Of a stretch of 64,000 nucleotides of DNA, positions 27,613 to 36,028 are shown one piece after another. The DNA is taken from assembly GCA_017856385.1 (NCBI GenBank), contig JAFMFD010000009.1, forward strand, positions 10-64,009, in the 5' to 3' direction. This DNA comes from Actinomycetota bacterium. GTDB lineage: Bacteria; Actinomycetota; Actinomycetes; S36-B12. Numbering within the stretch: the stretch's first letter is position 1; each line of letters starts with the position of its first letter. Both the position numbers and the translations under genes were made by a program. The notes beneath the pieces are model-generated. The model saw only the letters and a program-made list of their open reading frames with translations, searched no databases and was not told the origin of the DNA.

Positions 27613-29173
27613 GCAGCAGGCGCGACGCCACCTGGAAGCCCGAGCCTCCACCGAGGCCCGGGCCCGGGTGCGTCGACGCGCCGATCTGCCAGAGCCCCTC
27701 GATGCCGGTGTCGTGACCGGTGGCCGTCGCGAGCGGCCGCCACAGGGCGTACTGGTCGACCCGGCAGTCGCCCGCGTAAGGATCTCCGCCGACGAGGTTG
27801 ACGTTCATCGCCTCGAGATCGGTGGGACCGAGCGCGAACTGCGCGATCGCGGCACTCCGGATGTTGGTGATGTGCCGTTCGAGGATTGTGATGACGCGGT
27901 CGGCGTAGGCATCGCGCAGCTGAGGCGTCCAGGTGCCGTCGCCGGGGTCGATCTCGCCCGCGAGGTCGCCGAGGACGTGCCGCGGATTCTCCTGGAGCTG
28001 GATCCACAGCAAGCCCTGGCCCTCCGGCACGCGCGAGGGATCCACCGTGGCGGGCTGGCCCACGACGATGGTCGGGCGCCGGGGGAGCAGGCCGCGGTTG
28101 GCCGCGTTGACCGACTCCGACAGCGAGTCCATGCTGTCGAGGATGTGCACGAGGGCGGTGCCTGCCATCCGCGGATCACCCGTCCAGCGCGGCGGCTCGC
28201 GCAGCGCGATGTGGATCTGGAAGCCCGCGCGACCGAAGCGGAAGCGTTCTGCTGCGGCCCGGCGCGCGGCGTCGGCCTCGGGGGCAAGGGTGCCGTAGAG
28301 CGCGGGCGGGGTGACCGAGGCGAGCACCGCACGCCTGGCGCCGATCGCGGTGCCGTCGGCGAGGACGACACCGGTGGCCCGGTTGCCCGTGACCGTCACC
28401 TTCGCTACGTCCGCGCCGCACAGCACTGTCCCGCCGTTGTCCTCGATGATCGACACGAGCGCGCTGACCAGGCTGCGACCACCGCCGACGGGCACGGGCA
28501 TCCCGCCCATCGCGATCGCGGCACCGATGACGGTGGTGATGAAGGCGCTGCCGGCGTCGTCAGGGCCGAGCCCGTTGTGCAGTGCCCACGGGGTGAGCAG
28601 CGCCCGGGTCACGGGTGAGCTGAACGTGCGCTCGGCCCAGGGTGCGGCGGGCTCGAGCAGGTCGGCGCCACTGGCGGCCAGGCCGTCGCGCCCGAGGCGG
28701 CGGTAGGCCTTCCAGCCGAACTTCCAGGCCGAGCGACGCCAGAAGTCGGTGCCGAGCAGGCCGAACGCGAGGTCGGCCTTGCTGCCGAAGTCGGTCATCA
28801 GTGCGGTCCAGGCCTCGAGGTCGCCGAGCTCGGCCATCTGGGCCGCCGTGATCTCGGGGTTGGACGACAGCACGGCACTGCCGTCGGCGCACACGACCCC
28901 GGTGGGCAGCTCGGTGTTGACGTACTCCAGGCCGCGCGCGGCAAGATCGTCGGCGAGTGCGCCGTAGGCGGGGCCACCGACGAAGAGAGGGTGCCAGCTG
29001 GAGAGCAGCTCGATGGTGAAGCCGGGCACGTGCTCGGTCGACGTCCAGATGGCGCCGCCGGGATGGGCGTTGCGCTCGCACAGCGTGACCGACCATCCCG
29101 CACGGGCCAGCAGGGCTCCGGCGACGAGGGCGTTGATCCCGCTGCCGATGATGACGACGTCGCGCTGCTCCAT
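27605..29173 (-). CDS. NAD(P)/FAD-dependent oxidoreductase, phytoene desaturase (CrtI)/amine-oxidase superfamily
   Basis: MEQRDVVIIGSGINALVAGALLARAGWSVTLCERNAHPGG (dinucleotide fold). C-terminal GASTHPGPGLGGGSG. ATG 29173 after GGAGGTG. Confidence 0.75.
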   Translation of the reverse strand: MEQRDVVIIGSGINALVAGALLARAGWSVTLCERNAHPGGAIWTSTEHVPGFTIELLSSWHPLFVGGPAYGALADDLAARGLEYVNTELPTGVVCADGSAVLSSNPEITAAQMAELGDLEAWTALMTDFGSKADLAFGLLGTDFWRRSAWKFGWKAYRRLGRDGLAASGADLLEPAAPWAERTFSSPVTRALLTPWALHNGLGPDDAGSAFITTVIGAAIAMGGMPVPVGGGRSLVSALVSIIEDNGGTVLCGADVAKVTVTGNRATGVVLADGTAIGARRAVLASVTPPALYGTLAPEADAARRAAAERFRFGRAGFQIHIALREPPRWTGDPRMAGTALVHILDSMDSLSESVNAANRGLLPRRPTIVVGQPATVDPSRVPEGQGLLWIQLQENPRHVLGDLAGEIDPGDGTWTPQLRDAYADRVITILERHITNIRSAAIAQFALGPTDLEAMNVNLVGGDPYAGDCRVDQYALWRPLATATGHDTGIEGLWQIGASTHPGPGLGGGSGFQVASRLLRT

Positions 29174-29238
29174 GAGCACCTCCAGTCTCACCGTATATCG
29201 CCGGTGTGTCGGTCGTCAGTTCTCCATATGATCCGGCC

Positions 29239-30774
29239 ATGGAACTCGATGCCATCGTCATCGGCGCCGGAGTCAACGGGCTGTCCGCTGCGGCGCTGCT
29301 GGGAGCCAAGGGCCGACGCGTGCTGGTGCTCGAGGCCAATCCCGTCCCGGGCGGTGCGGTCCAGACCGCCGAGGTCACGCTGCCGGGATTCCGCCACGAC
29401 CTCTTCGCCATGAACCTCGGCCTGTTCGCCGGTGGACCGGTCGTGGCCGCTCTCGGTGAGCGACTGGCCGCGCACGGGTTCGCGCTGGTGCCCTCGGCCA
29501 AGCCGTTCTGCTCAGTCTTCCCCGACGGCTCGATGCTCGGTGTGGAGGCCGATGTCGAACGCACGGTCGCCAACGTCGCTGCGGTCGCCCCCGAGGACGT
29601 CCGCGCGTGGCAGGAGCTGACGGAGTATCTGGGCCAGGTGGCCCCCACCCTGATCGGTGTCCTCGGCGCTGAGATGCCGTCGCGCTCGCTCATGACGACG
29701 ATGTGGAAGGCGCGTCGGCAGTTCGGCACCACCGGGGTGCTCGAGATCGCCAAGCTTGCGCTGTCGTCGACGCGCGCCTTCACCGAGGAGCACTTCGAGT
29801 CGCCGCGGACGCGCGCCCTCATGGCGTCCTGGGGCATGCACCTGGACTTCGCGCCGGACCTCGCTGGCGGTGCCCTCTTCTCCTTCCTCGAGACGATCGG
29901 CGGGCAGCTGTTCGGCATGGTGATCGGCCAGGGGGGCGCGAGCACCATGATCAACGCGCTCGTCGGCGTGATCGAGGAGTCCGGCGGTCGCGTCGCCTGC
30001 AATGAGCGCGTCACCGAGATCATCGTCGAGAGCGGACGTGCCGTGGGCGTGCGCACCGCCCAGGGGGCGGAGTACCGGGCCTCGCGCGGCGTCATCGCCA
30101 ACGTCAATCCGCGGCTGGTCCCGGCGCTGCTGCCCGAGGACCAGCGGTCCCGGCCCGATGTGGCGCGGGCCGAGACGTTCCGCCCGGGCCTGGCGACGAT
30201 GATGATCCACCTTGCGCTGGACGACTTGCCGGCCTGGACCGCCGAGGGCGCCCGCGACTTCAACTACGTGCACATCGGGCCCTACCTCGACGACATGGCG
30301 ATGACCTATACGCAGGCGGCCGCCGGGCTCCTGCCCGACTCGCCGACCCTCGTCGTCGGCCAGCCGACGGTCAGCGATCCGAGCCGGGCGCCGGAGGGCA
30401 AGCACGTGCTGTGGGTGCAGGTCCGGGTGCTGCCGCTGCACCCGCGCGAGGGCTCGTGGGACGAGATCGGTGAGGCATACGCCGACGGGGTGATCGACAA
30501 GATCGAGCAGTACGCGCCGGGGCTGCGCTCCCGGATCCTCGGGCGCAAGGTCCTCACGCCCGCCGATCTCCAGCGCGCCAATGCCAACCTCGTGCTCGGG
30601 GACTCGCTCGGCGGCAGCCATCATCCGGCGCAGTTCTTCTTCCTGCGGCCGGTGCCGGGCTGGTGGCGGCATCGGACGCCGGTCGACCGGCTGTTCGTCT
30701 GCGGTGCCGGGACGTGGCCGGGCGGCGGCGTGGGCGGCGGCTCGGGGGCGCTGGTGGCTGCAGCTGTCGGCTAG
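29239..30774 (+). CDS. NAD(P)/FAD-dependent oxidoreductase, CrtI/amine-oxidase superfamily (paralogue of 27605-29173)
   Basis: MELDAIVIGAGVNGLSAAALLGAKGRRVLVLEANPVPGG. Collinear with the divergent neighbour through ...TLVVGQPTVSDPSRAPEGKHVLWVQ... and C-terminal GAGTWPGGGVGGGSG. Confidence 0.75.
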   Translation: MELDAIVIGAGVNGLSAAALLGAKGRRVLVLEANPVPGGAVQTAEVTLPGFRHDLFAMNLGLFAGGPVVAALGERLAAHGFALVPSAKPFCSVFPDGSMLGVEADVERTVANVAAVAPEDVRAWQELTEYLGQVAPTLIGVLGAEMPSRSLMTTMWKARRQFGTTGVLEIAKLALSSTRAFTEEHFESPRTRALMASWGMHLDFAPDLAGGALFSFLETIGGQLFGMVIGQGGASTMINALVGVIEESGGRVACNERVTEIIVESGRAVGVRTAQGAEYRASRGVIANVNPRLVPALLPEDQRSRPDVARAETFRPGLATMMIHLALDDLPAWTAEGARDFNYVHIGPYLDDMAMTYTQAAAGLLPDSPTLVVGQPTVSDPSRAPEGKHVLWVQVRVLPLHPREGSWDEIGEAYADGVIDKIEQYAPGLRSRILGRKVLTPADLQRANANLVLGDSLGGSHHPAQFFFLRPVPGWWRHRTPVDRLFVCGAGTWPGGGVGGGSGALVAAAVG

Positions 30775-31568
30775 CGGAACGGCCCGAAGTCCGGCGGGCG
30801 CTTCTCGATGAAGGCCGCGCCGCCCTCCTTGGCCTCGGGGGTGTCGACGTAGAGGTCCAGCACGTCGAACGCGAGCGCCTGGATGCCGACGATGTGGTCG
30901 GTATCGGCGTTGAACGAGTGCTTGAGCGTCTTCAGCGCCGTGGGAGACAGGGCGCAGGCCTTGCGTGCCCACTCCATTGCCAGAGGCATGAGCTCGTCGG
31001 GCTCGACGACGCGATTGACCAGGCCCCAGCGCTCGGCGGTCGCGGCGTCGTACTGATCGCAGAAGAACCAGATCTCGCGTGCGCGCTTCTCGCCGACGAC
31101 GCGGGCGAGGTAGGCGGTGCCGAAGCCCGCATCGAAGCTCCCGACCCGAGGCCCGACCTGACCGAACCGGGCGGTGGAGGACGCCAGCGACACGTCGCAC
31201 AGCACGTGGAGGACATGGCCGCCGCCGATCGCGAAGCCGTTCACCGCGGCGATGACCGGCTTGGGCACCTCGCGCACGAGGCGGTGCAGGCGCTCGACCT
31301 CGAACATGCCGATCTCGGTCTCGCCGTACCCGCCGGTGGCGGCGCGCTCCTTCTGATCGCCTCCGCTGCAGAAGGCCTTGTCGCCGGCGCCCGTCAGGAT
31401 GATGGCGCCGACCTCGGAGTCGACCCAGGCGTAGCGGAACGCATAGATGAGCTCATCGACCGTCCGGCCGCGCAGGGCGTTGTAGCGGTCCGGGCGGTTG
31501 ATCGTGACGACGGCGACGTGGTCGTCAACCGTGTAGGTGATGTCGGTGAACTCTTCGACCCGGATCAT
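30771..31568 (-). CDS. crotonase-superfamily enzyme of the MenB / BadI clade (naphthoate-synthase-like; candidate 2-ketocyclohexanecarboxyl-CoA-type hydrolase)
   Basis: GDKAFCSGGDQKERAATGGYG...VPKPVIAAVNGFAIGGGHVLHVLCDVSLAS...FGQVGPRVGSFDAGFGTAYLARVVGEKRAREIWFFCDQYDA...RPPDF aligns nearly residue-for-residue with MenB. 265 aa, the short BadI-like length. Confidence 0.8.
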   Translation of the reverse strand: MIRVEEFTDITYTVDDHVAVVTINRPDRYNALRGRTVDELIYAFRYAWVDSEVGAIILTGAGDKAFCSGGDQKERAATGGYGETEIGMFEVERLHRLVREVPKPVIAAVNGFAIGGGHVLHVLCDVSLASSTARFGQVGPRVGSFDAGFGTAYLARVVGEKRAREIWFFCDQYDAATAERWGLVNRVVEPDELMPLAMEWARKACALSPTALKTLKHSFNADTDHIVGIQALAFDVLDLYVDTPEAKEGGAAFIEKRPPDFGPFR

Positions 31569-32737
31569 GTCGCCTCCACGAGAACTGCGATTCCCAAACC
31601 CACGCCGATGCAGGCCGTGGCGATCCCGAGACCGCCGCCTCGGCTGCGCAGGTCTCGTGCCGTGTCGACGATGACGCGGGCCGCTGAGGCGCCCACGGGG
31701 TGGCCGATGGCAATCGCGCCGCCGTGCGGGTTGACCTTCGCGACGTCGATCTCGTCGGCCTCGCGCAGCACGGTGAGCACCATCGCAGCGAAGGCCTCAT
31801 TGATCTCGAACACATCGATGTCGGAGTAGCTGAGCCCGGTGCGGGCGAGCAGCTTGCGCATCGCCGGGACGGGTGCGTTCGCGAACCTGTCGGGCTCGAC
31901 GGCGACGACGGCGGACGCGCGGATGTGGGCGATCGGCTCGGCGCCGAGCTCCGCGGCCACGTCCTCGGAGGTCAGCAGTGCGGCGACGGCTCCATCGGTG
32001 ATGGGCGAGGAGTTGCCCGCGGTGACCGTGCCGTCGGGGGTGAACGCCGGCTTCAGCTCCGCGAGCTTCTCCAGCGTCGTGTCGGCGCGGATGGGCTCGT
32101 CCTGGGTGAGGTCCGCCACGGGGATCGCGAAGCCGTCGAAAACTCCATCGTGCCAAGCCGATGCGGCGAGCTCGTGCGAGCGCAGGGCCCACTCGTCCTG
32201 CTCCTCCCGCGTGATGCCGAGTTCGTGGGCGCTTCGCTCGGCGCAGGCGCCAAGGCTGTCGGTCCAGTGGCTCGGAAAGCGCGGATTGACCAGCCGCCAT
32301 CCGACGGTCGTCTGCGCGGCGGGGGTGTCGGGCCCGAGGGGCAGGTCCTCGCGGCGCACGACGAGCGGCGCCCGGCTCATGCTCTCCACGCCGCCGGCGA
32401 CGATGATCTCGGCGTCCTGGGCCCGGATGGCGCGCGCCGCCTGCACGATGGCCTCCGCGCCGGAGCCGCACAGCCGGTTCAGCGTCACGCCGGGGACCGA
32501 GACGGGCAGGCCGGCAAGAAGGGCGGACATGCGCGCGACGTTGCGGTTGTCCTCGCCCGCGCCGTTGGCGTCGCCCATGACGATGTCGTCGATGCGGGCC
32601 GGGTCGAGGCCCGGGTGGGCGGCGACGAGGTCGGTGAGGACGGTGGCGAGCAGGTCGTCGGGGCGCAGGTGGCTCAGGCCACCCCGGTTCCGTCCGAAGA
32701 CGCTCCGCCGGGCATCGACGAGGACGGCTCCAGTCAT
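31565..32737 (-). CDS. acetyl-CoA C-acyltransferase (thiolase)
   Basis: MTGAVLVDARRSVFGRNRGGL...VTLNRLCGSGAEAIVQAA (active-site Cys)...NEAFAAMVL...NPHGGAIAIGHPVGASA...ATACIGVGLG. ATGA overlap with the crotonase gene. Start taken from ORF-track arithmetic (+/-1 nt against my reading). Confidence 0.85.
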   Translation of the reverse strand: MTGAVLVDARRSVFGRNRGGLSHLRPDDLLATVLTDLVAAHPGLDPARIDDIVMGDANGAGEDNRNVARMSALLAGLPVSVPGVTLNRLCGSGAEAIVQAARAIRAQDAEIIVAGGVESMSRAPLVVRREDLPLGPDTPAAQTTVGWRLVNPRFPSHWTDSLGACAERSAHELGITREEQDEWALRSHELAASAWHDGVFDGFAIPVADLTQDEPIRADTTLEKLAELKPAFTPDGTVTAGNSSPITDGAVAALLTSEDVAAELGAEPIAHIRASAVVAVEPDRFANAPVPAMRKLLARTGLSYSDIDVFEINEAFAAMVLTVLREADEIDVAKVNPHGGAIAIGHPVGASAARVIVDTARDLRSRGGGLGIATACIGVGLGIAVLVEAT

Positions 32738-32748
32738 GTAGCGTATTA

Positions 32749-32762
32749 TTGTCGATCGACAA
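32749..32762. promoter_or_regulatory. perfect 14-bp palindrome TTGTCGATCGACAA in a divergent promoter region (candidate operator)
   Basis: Read directly. It lies ~11 nt from the thiolase ATG and ~64 nt upstream of the SDR ATG, in a locally AT-rich stretch (cgTATTATtgtcg). A related 14-mer is at 24325-24338. Confidence 0.5.
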
Positions 32763-32825
32763 GTTAGCGCAATCGCCAGGGGGCTGCGGCCTTCCTCGTG
32801 ATGGCCGCGTGAGGAGGGGTGGGCC

Positions 32826-33593
32826 ATGGCCGGGCGCCCTGCTCTCCGCTGCCTGGTGACGGGGGCCAGTCGCGGCATCGGGCGGACCATCGCTGAGCAC
32901 CTGGCGGCCGACGGGCACCGCGTGGCGCTGACCGCGCGCACCGTCGGCGACCTCGAGGCCCTCGCTGCCGAGCTCCCCGTCCCGACCCTGGTGCTCCCCG
33001 CGGACGTCACTGACCCGGCGGCCCCGGAGCAGCTGGTCGCTCAGGTCGAGTCCGCCTGGGGCGGCCTCGACGTCCTGGTGCTCAACGCGGGCGAGGCGAT
33101 CTCGGCCCCCGTCCACCGCACGGACGACGAGCTGTGGCAGCAGATGATGGACGTGAACCTCACCGCGCCGTTCCGGTTCATCCGTGCCGCTGTGCCATCG
33201 ATGAAGCAGGCCGGGTTCGGGCGCATCGTCGTCGTCGCGAGCATCGCCTCCAAGGTCGGTGCGCCCTACATCACCGCATACGCCGCTGCGAAGCACGGCA
33301 TCCTCGGCGTCGTGCGGTCGGTCGCGATGGAGGTGGCCACCACGGGGGTCACGGTCAACGCAGTGTGCCCCGGATACGTCGACACCCCGCTCACCGCGCG
33401 GTCGCTGGAGACCATCGTCGCGAAGACCGGCGTCGATCTGGCCACCGCGCGCGCGACCCTCGAGGACGCGCACCCCATCAAGCGACTGATCACCACCGAT
33501 GAGGTGGCCTCGGTGGTCGACCTGCTGGTGGCCGACACAGGGGGCATCAACGGGCAGGGCATCGTCATCGACGGCGGGAGCGTGCAATCGTGA
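32826..33593 (+). CDS. SDR family oxidoreductase (3-hydroxyacyl-CoA dehydrogenase-like)
   Basis: VTGASRGIG, LNAGEA, S...YAAAKHG catalytic motif. Confidence 0.85.
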   Translation: MAGRPALRCLVTGASRGIGRTIAEHLAADGHRVALTARTVGDLEALAAELPVPTLVLPADVTDPAAPEQLVAQVESAWGGLDVLVLNAGEAISAPVHRTDDELWQQMMDVNLTAPFRFIRAAVPSMKQAGFGRIVVVASIASKVGAPYITAYAAAKHGILGVVRSVAMEVATTGVTVNAVCPGYVDTPLTARSLETIVAKTGVDLATARATLEDAHPIKRLITTDEVASVVDLLVADTGGINGQGIVIDGGSVQS

Positions 33594-33988
33594 GCATCGA
33601 GCGGATCAACCCGGGCGACCTCGCCCCGCCCATCGGCTTCTCGCACGCCGTCCTCGCCACCGGCGGCACGCCCGTGCTGCTGGCGGGCCAGACCGCACTC
33701 AACGTCGACGGCGTGATCGTGGGCGAGGGCATCGTCGAGCAGTTCGAGGTCGCCCTCGGCAACCTCATGACGGCTCTGCGTGCGGCGGGGGGCAGCGGCG
33801 AGCACCTGGCCAAGGTCACGATCTTCAGCGTCGACCCGGTCGACTACCGCGCAAACGCCCGGGAGCTCGGCGGCGTCTGGCGACGGCTCGTGGGGCGTGA
33901 GTATCCGGCCATGACGCTCGTCGGCGTGACCCGGCTGTGGGACGACGCCGCCCTCGTCGAGATCGAGGGGATCGCGTTCCTGCCGTGA
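33590..33988 (+). CDS. RidA/YjgF/L-PSP family enamine/imine deaminase
   Basis: 132 aa. INPGDLAPPIGFSHAVLATGGTPVLLAGQTAL...GEHLAKVTIF...PAMTLVGVTRL...VEIEGIA. GTGA overlaps at both ends. Confidence 0.8.
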   Translation: MSIERINPGDLAPPIGFSHAVLATGGTPVLLAGQTALNVDGVIVGEGIVEQFEVALGNLMTALRAAGGSGEHLAKVTIFSVDPVDYRANARELGGVWRRLVGREYPAMTLVGVTRLWDDAALVEIEGIAFLP

Positions 33989-36027
33989 GCGACCTGCAGG
34001 CACTCTGGGCCGCGTCGTCGATCGCCGTGATCGGTGCGACGGAGCGCCCCGGAGCACTGGGACGGCTGCCGATCGAGTACCTGCAGCGCTACGGCTATGA
34101 CGGTGCGATCCACCCGGTGAACCCCCGCAGTGCGAGCATCCTCGGGCTGCCCGCGTACCCGTCGATGCGCGATGTCCCGAGTCCCGTCGACCTCGCCCTC
34201 GTCATGGTCCCGGCCGGGTCCGTGCGCGAGGCCGTGCAGGACTGCGCCGATGCCGGCGTGGGCGTGTGCATCGTGATGAGCTCGGGCTTCGCTGAGGCGG
34301 GCGAGGAGGGAGCCGTCGCGCAGCGCGAGCTCGTCGAGATCGCGCGCGGCGCAGGCATGCGCCTGGTCGGCCCGAACTGCATCGGCTCCGTCGGAGGCCC
34401 GCAGCACGTGGTCGCGTCGTTCTCCCCCGTGTTCTCCTCGCCGTCGACGCCCCTGCCGAGCGGTCGCGTCGGCCTGGTCAGCCAGTCGGGCGCCCTGGGC
34501 TTCGGCACGCTCTCGCTCGGGCTCGAGCGGGGTGTCCCGATCGGCGTCGCGGTGACCACGGGCAACGAGGCCGACGTGACGGCGGCCGAGGTGGCGGTCG
34601 CGCTCGCCGCCGATCCGTCGATCGACGCCCTGCTGATGTACGTGGAGTCGCTCGCCGACCTGCCGCGACTGCGCGCTGCTGCAGGGCAGGTGCCCGTCGC
34701 CATCGTCAAGGCCGGGCGCTCCGCGGCGGGTGCCACGGCGGCGGCGTCGCACACTGGCGCTCTTGCGGCACCGGATGCGATCGTCGACGCGGCGCTGGCG
34801 TCGGCGGGCATCGCCCGCGTGCGCGACATCGATGCGCTGCTCGACGTGGGTGCGCTCCTCGCCACCGGTGCGCGGATGCGCGGCACGCGGATCGGCGTGA
34901 TCACGACCTCGGGAGGAAGCGGCATCCTCGCAGCGGACGCCCTGGAGGCCGAGGGCATGTCCCTGGCCCGCCTGGCGGACGCCACCGTCGCCGACCTCGA
35001 GCGAATCGTTCCGTCGTACGGCAACGCGACGAACCCGGTTGATGTCACCGCTGCCGTGATGGCAGAGCCCGGGCTGTTCGAGGAGTGCCTCGAGCGGCTT
35101 GCGCGGGATCCGCAGGTCGACGCCATCGTGGCCTGCTTCGCAGTGCTGGTGGGCGAGGACGTCGCCCGCATCGCGCGGGCGCTGGGCGCGGTGCGCGCTG
35201 CGACGCAGCTGCCTGTCGTGGCCGTGCGAACCGGGTCGGCCTCGCTCGCACCGCAGGGGGCACAGCTGCTCGCAGAAGCGGGTGTGCCCGTCTATCCCAC
35301 ACCGGAGCGGGCGGTCGCCGCGCTGGCGGCCCTGCATCGTGCCTGCGGCCCGCAGGCGCCGCGACCTGCCGCCTTCCCGTCGCTGGCGGTACCACCGGCG
35401 GATGCCTCCGAGAAGGAGGTCAAGGCCCTCCTCGCGGCCGGGGGCCTGAGCGTGCCGGAGTCGGTCGTGGTGACCTCACCGGCCGAGGCCGCCGGGGCGG
35501 TGAGGGGGGTCGGCGGCCGTGCCGTGCTCAAGGCACAGGTGCCGGGACTTCGGCACAAGAGCGATGTGGGCGGGGTGGCGCTCGATGTCACCGAGGCGGA
35601 CGCCGAGGCGGTCTGCGCCCGACTCCTGCAGCTCGGCGGTGATGTCCTCGTGGAGCGCTTCGTCCCGCAGGGCACCGAGGTCATCGTCGGAGTAACCGGA
35701 AGTCCCCTCGGTGCTGTGCTGTCGGTGGGCGTCGGCGGAGTGTTGACGGAGGTCGTCTCAGACGTCGCGCTGCGCCTGCTGCCCGTGACCGAGGGCGATG
35801 TGGAGCAGATGCTGGATGCCACCATGGTGGGGCGCCTGCTCGCCGGCGTGCGCGGCCAGCCGGCTGGCGACCGTCGGGCGCTCGTCGATCTCATCCTGCG
35901 CGTCGCCGATGGCGTGGCATCGTGGCCCGCGGGCTTCGAGCTCGAGCTCAATCCTGTGACTGTGCTGCCCGACGGCTGCTGGATCCTGGACGCGCTGTTC
36001 GTGACCCCCGCTGCAGAGGAGAACTGA
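33985..36027 (+). CDS. ADP-forming acyl-CoA synthetase (acetate--CoA ligase family: CoA-binding + ligase + ATP-grasp domains)
   Basis: SIAVIGATERPGALG (CoA-binding Rossmann), NCIGS, phospho-His loop AASHTGALA, C-terminal ATP-grasp VLKAQVPGLRHKSDVGGVAL. Confidence 0.8.
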   Translation: MSDLQALWAASSIAVIGATERPGALGRLPIEYLQRYGYDGAIHPVNPRSASILGLPAYPSMRDVPSPVDLALVMVPAGSVREAVQDCADAGVGVCIVMSSGFAEAGEEGAVAQRELVEIARGAGMRLVGPNCIGSVGGPQHVVASFSPVFSSPSTPLPSGRVGLVSQSGALGFGTLSLGLERGVPIGVAVTTGNEADVTAAEVAVALAADPSIDALLMYVESLADLPRLRAAAGQVPVAIVKAGRSAAGATAAASHTGALAAPDAIVDAALASAGIARVRDIDALLDVGALLATGARMRGTRIGVITTSGGSGILAADALEAEGMSLARLADATVADLERIVPSYGNATNPVDVTAAVMAEPGLFEECLERLARDPQVDAIVACFAVLVGEDVARIARALGAVRAATQLPVVAVRTGSASLAPQGAQLLAEAGVPVYPTPERAVAALAALHRACGPQAPRPAAFPSLAVPPADASEKEVKALLAAGGLSVPESVVVTSPAEAAGAVRGVGGRAVLKAQVPGLRHKSDVGGVALDVTEADAEAVCARLLQLGGDVLVERFVPQGTEVIVGVTGSPLGAVLSVGVGGVLTEVVSDVALRLLPVTEGDVEQMLDATMVGRLLAGVRGQPAGDRRALVDLILRVADGVASWPAGFELELNPVTVLPDGCWILDALFVTPAAEEN

Positions 36028-36028
36028 G

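Noticed and set aside
30771-31568. Calling the MenB-like crotonase a menaquinone-biosynthesis menB
   Set aside because: No other men genes are nearby, it is translationally coupled to a thiolase, and it has the short BadI-like length. It is kept as a MenB/BadI-clade enzyme with catabolic context; only an activity test can decide.
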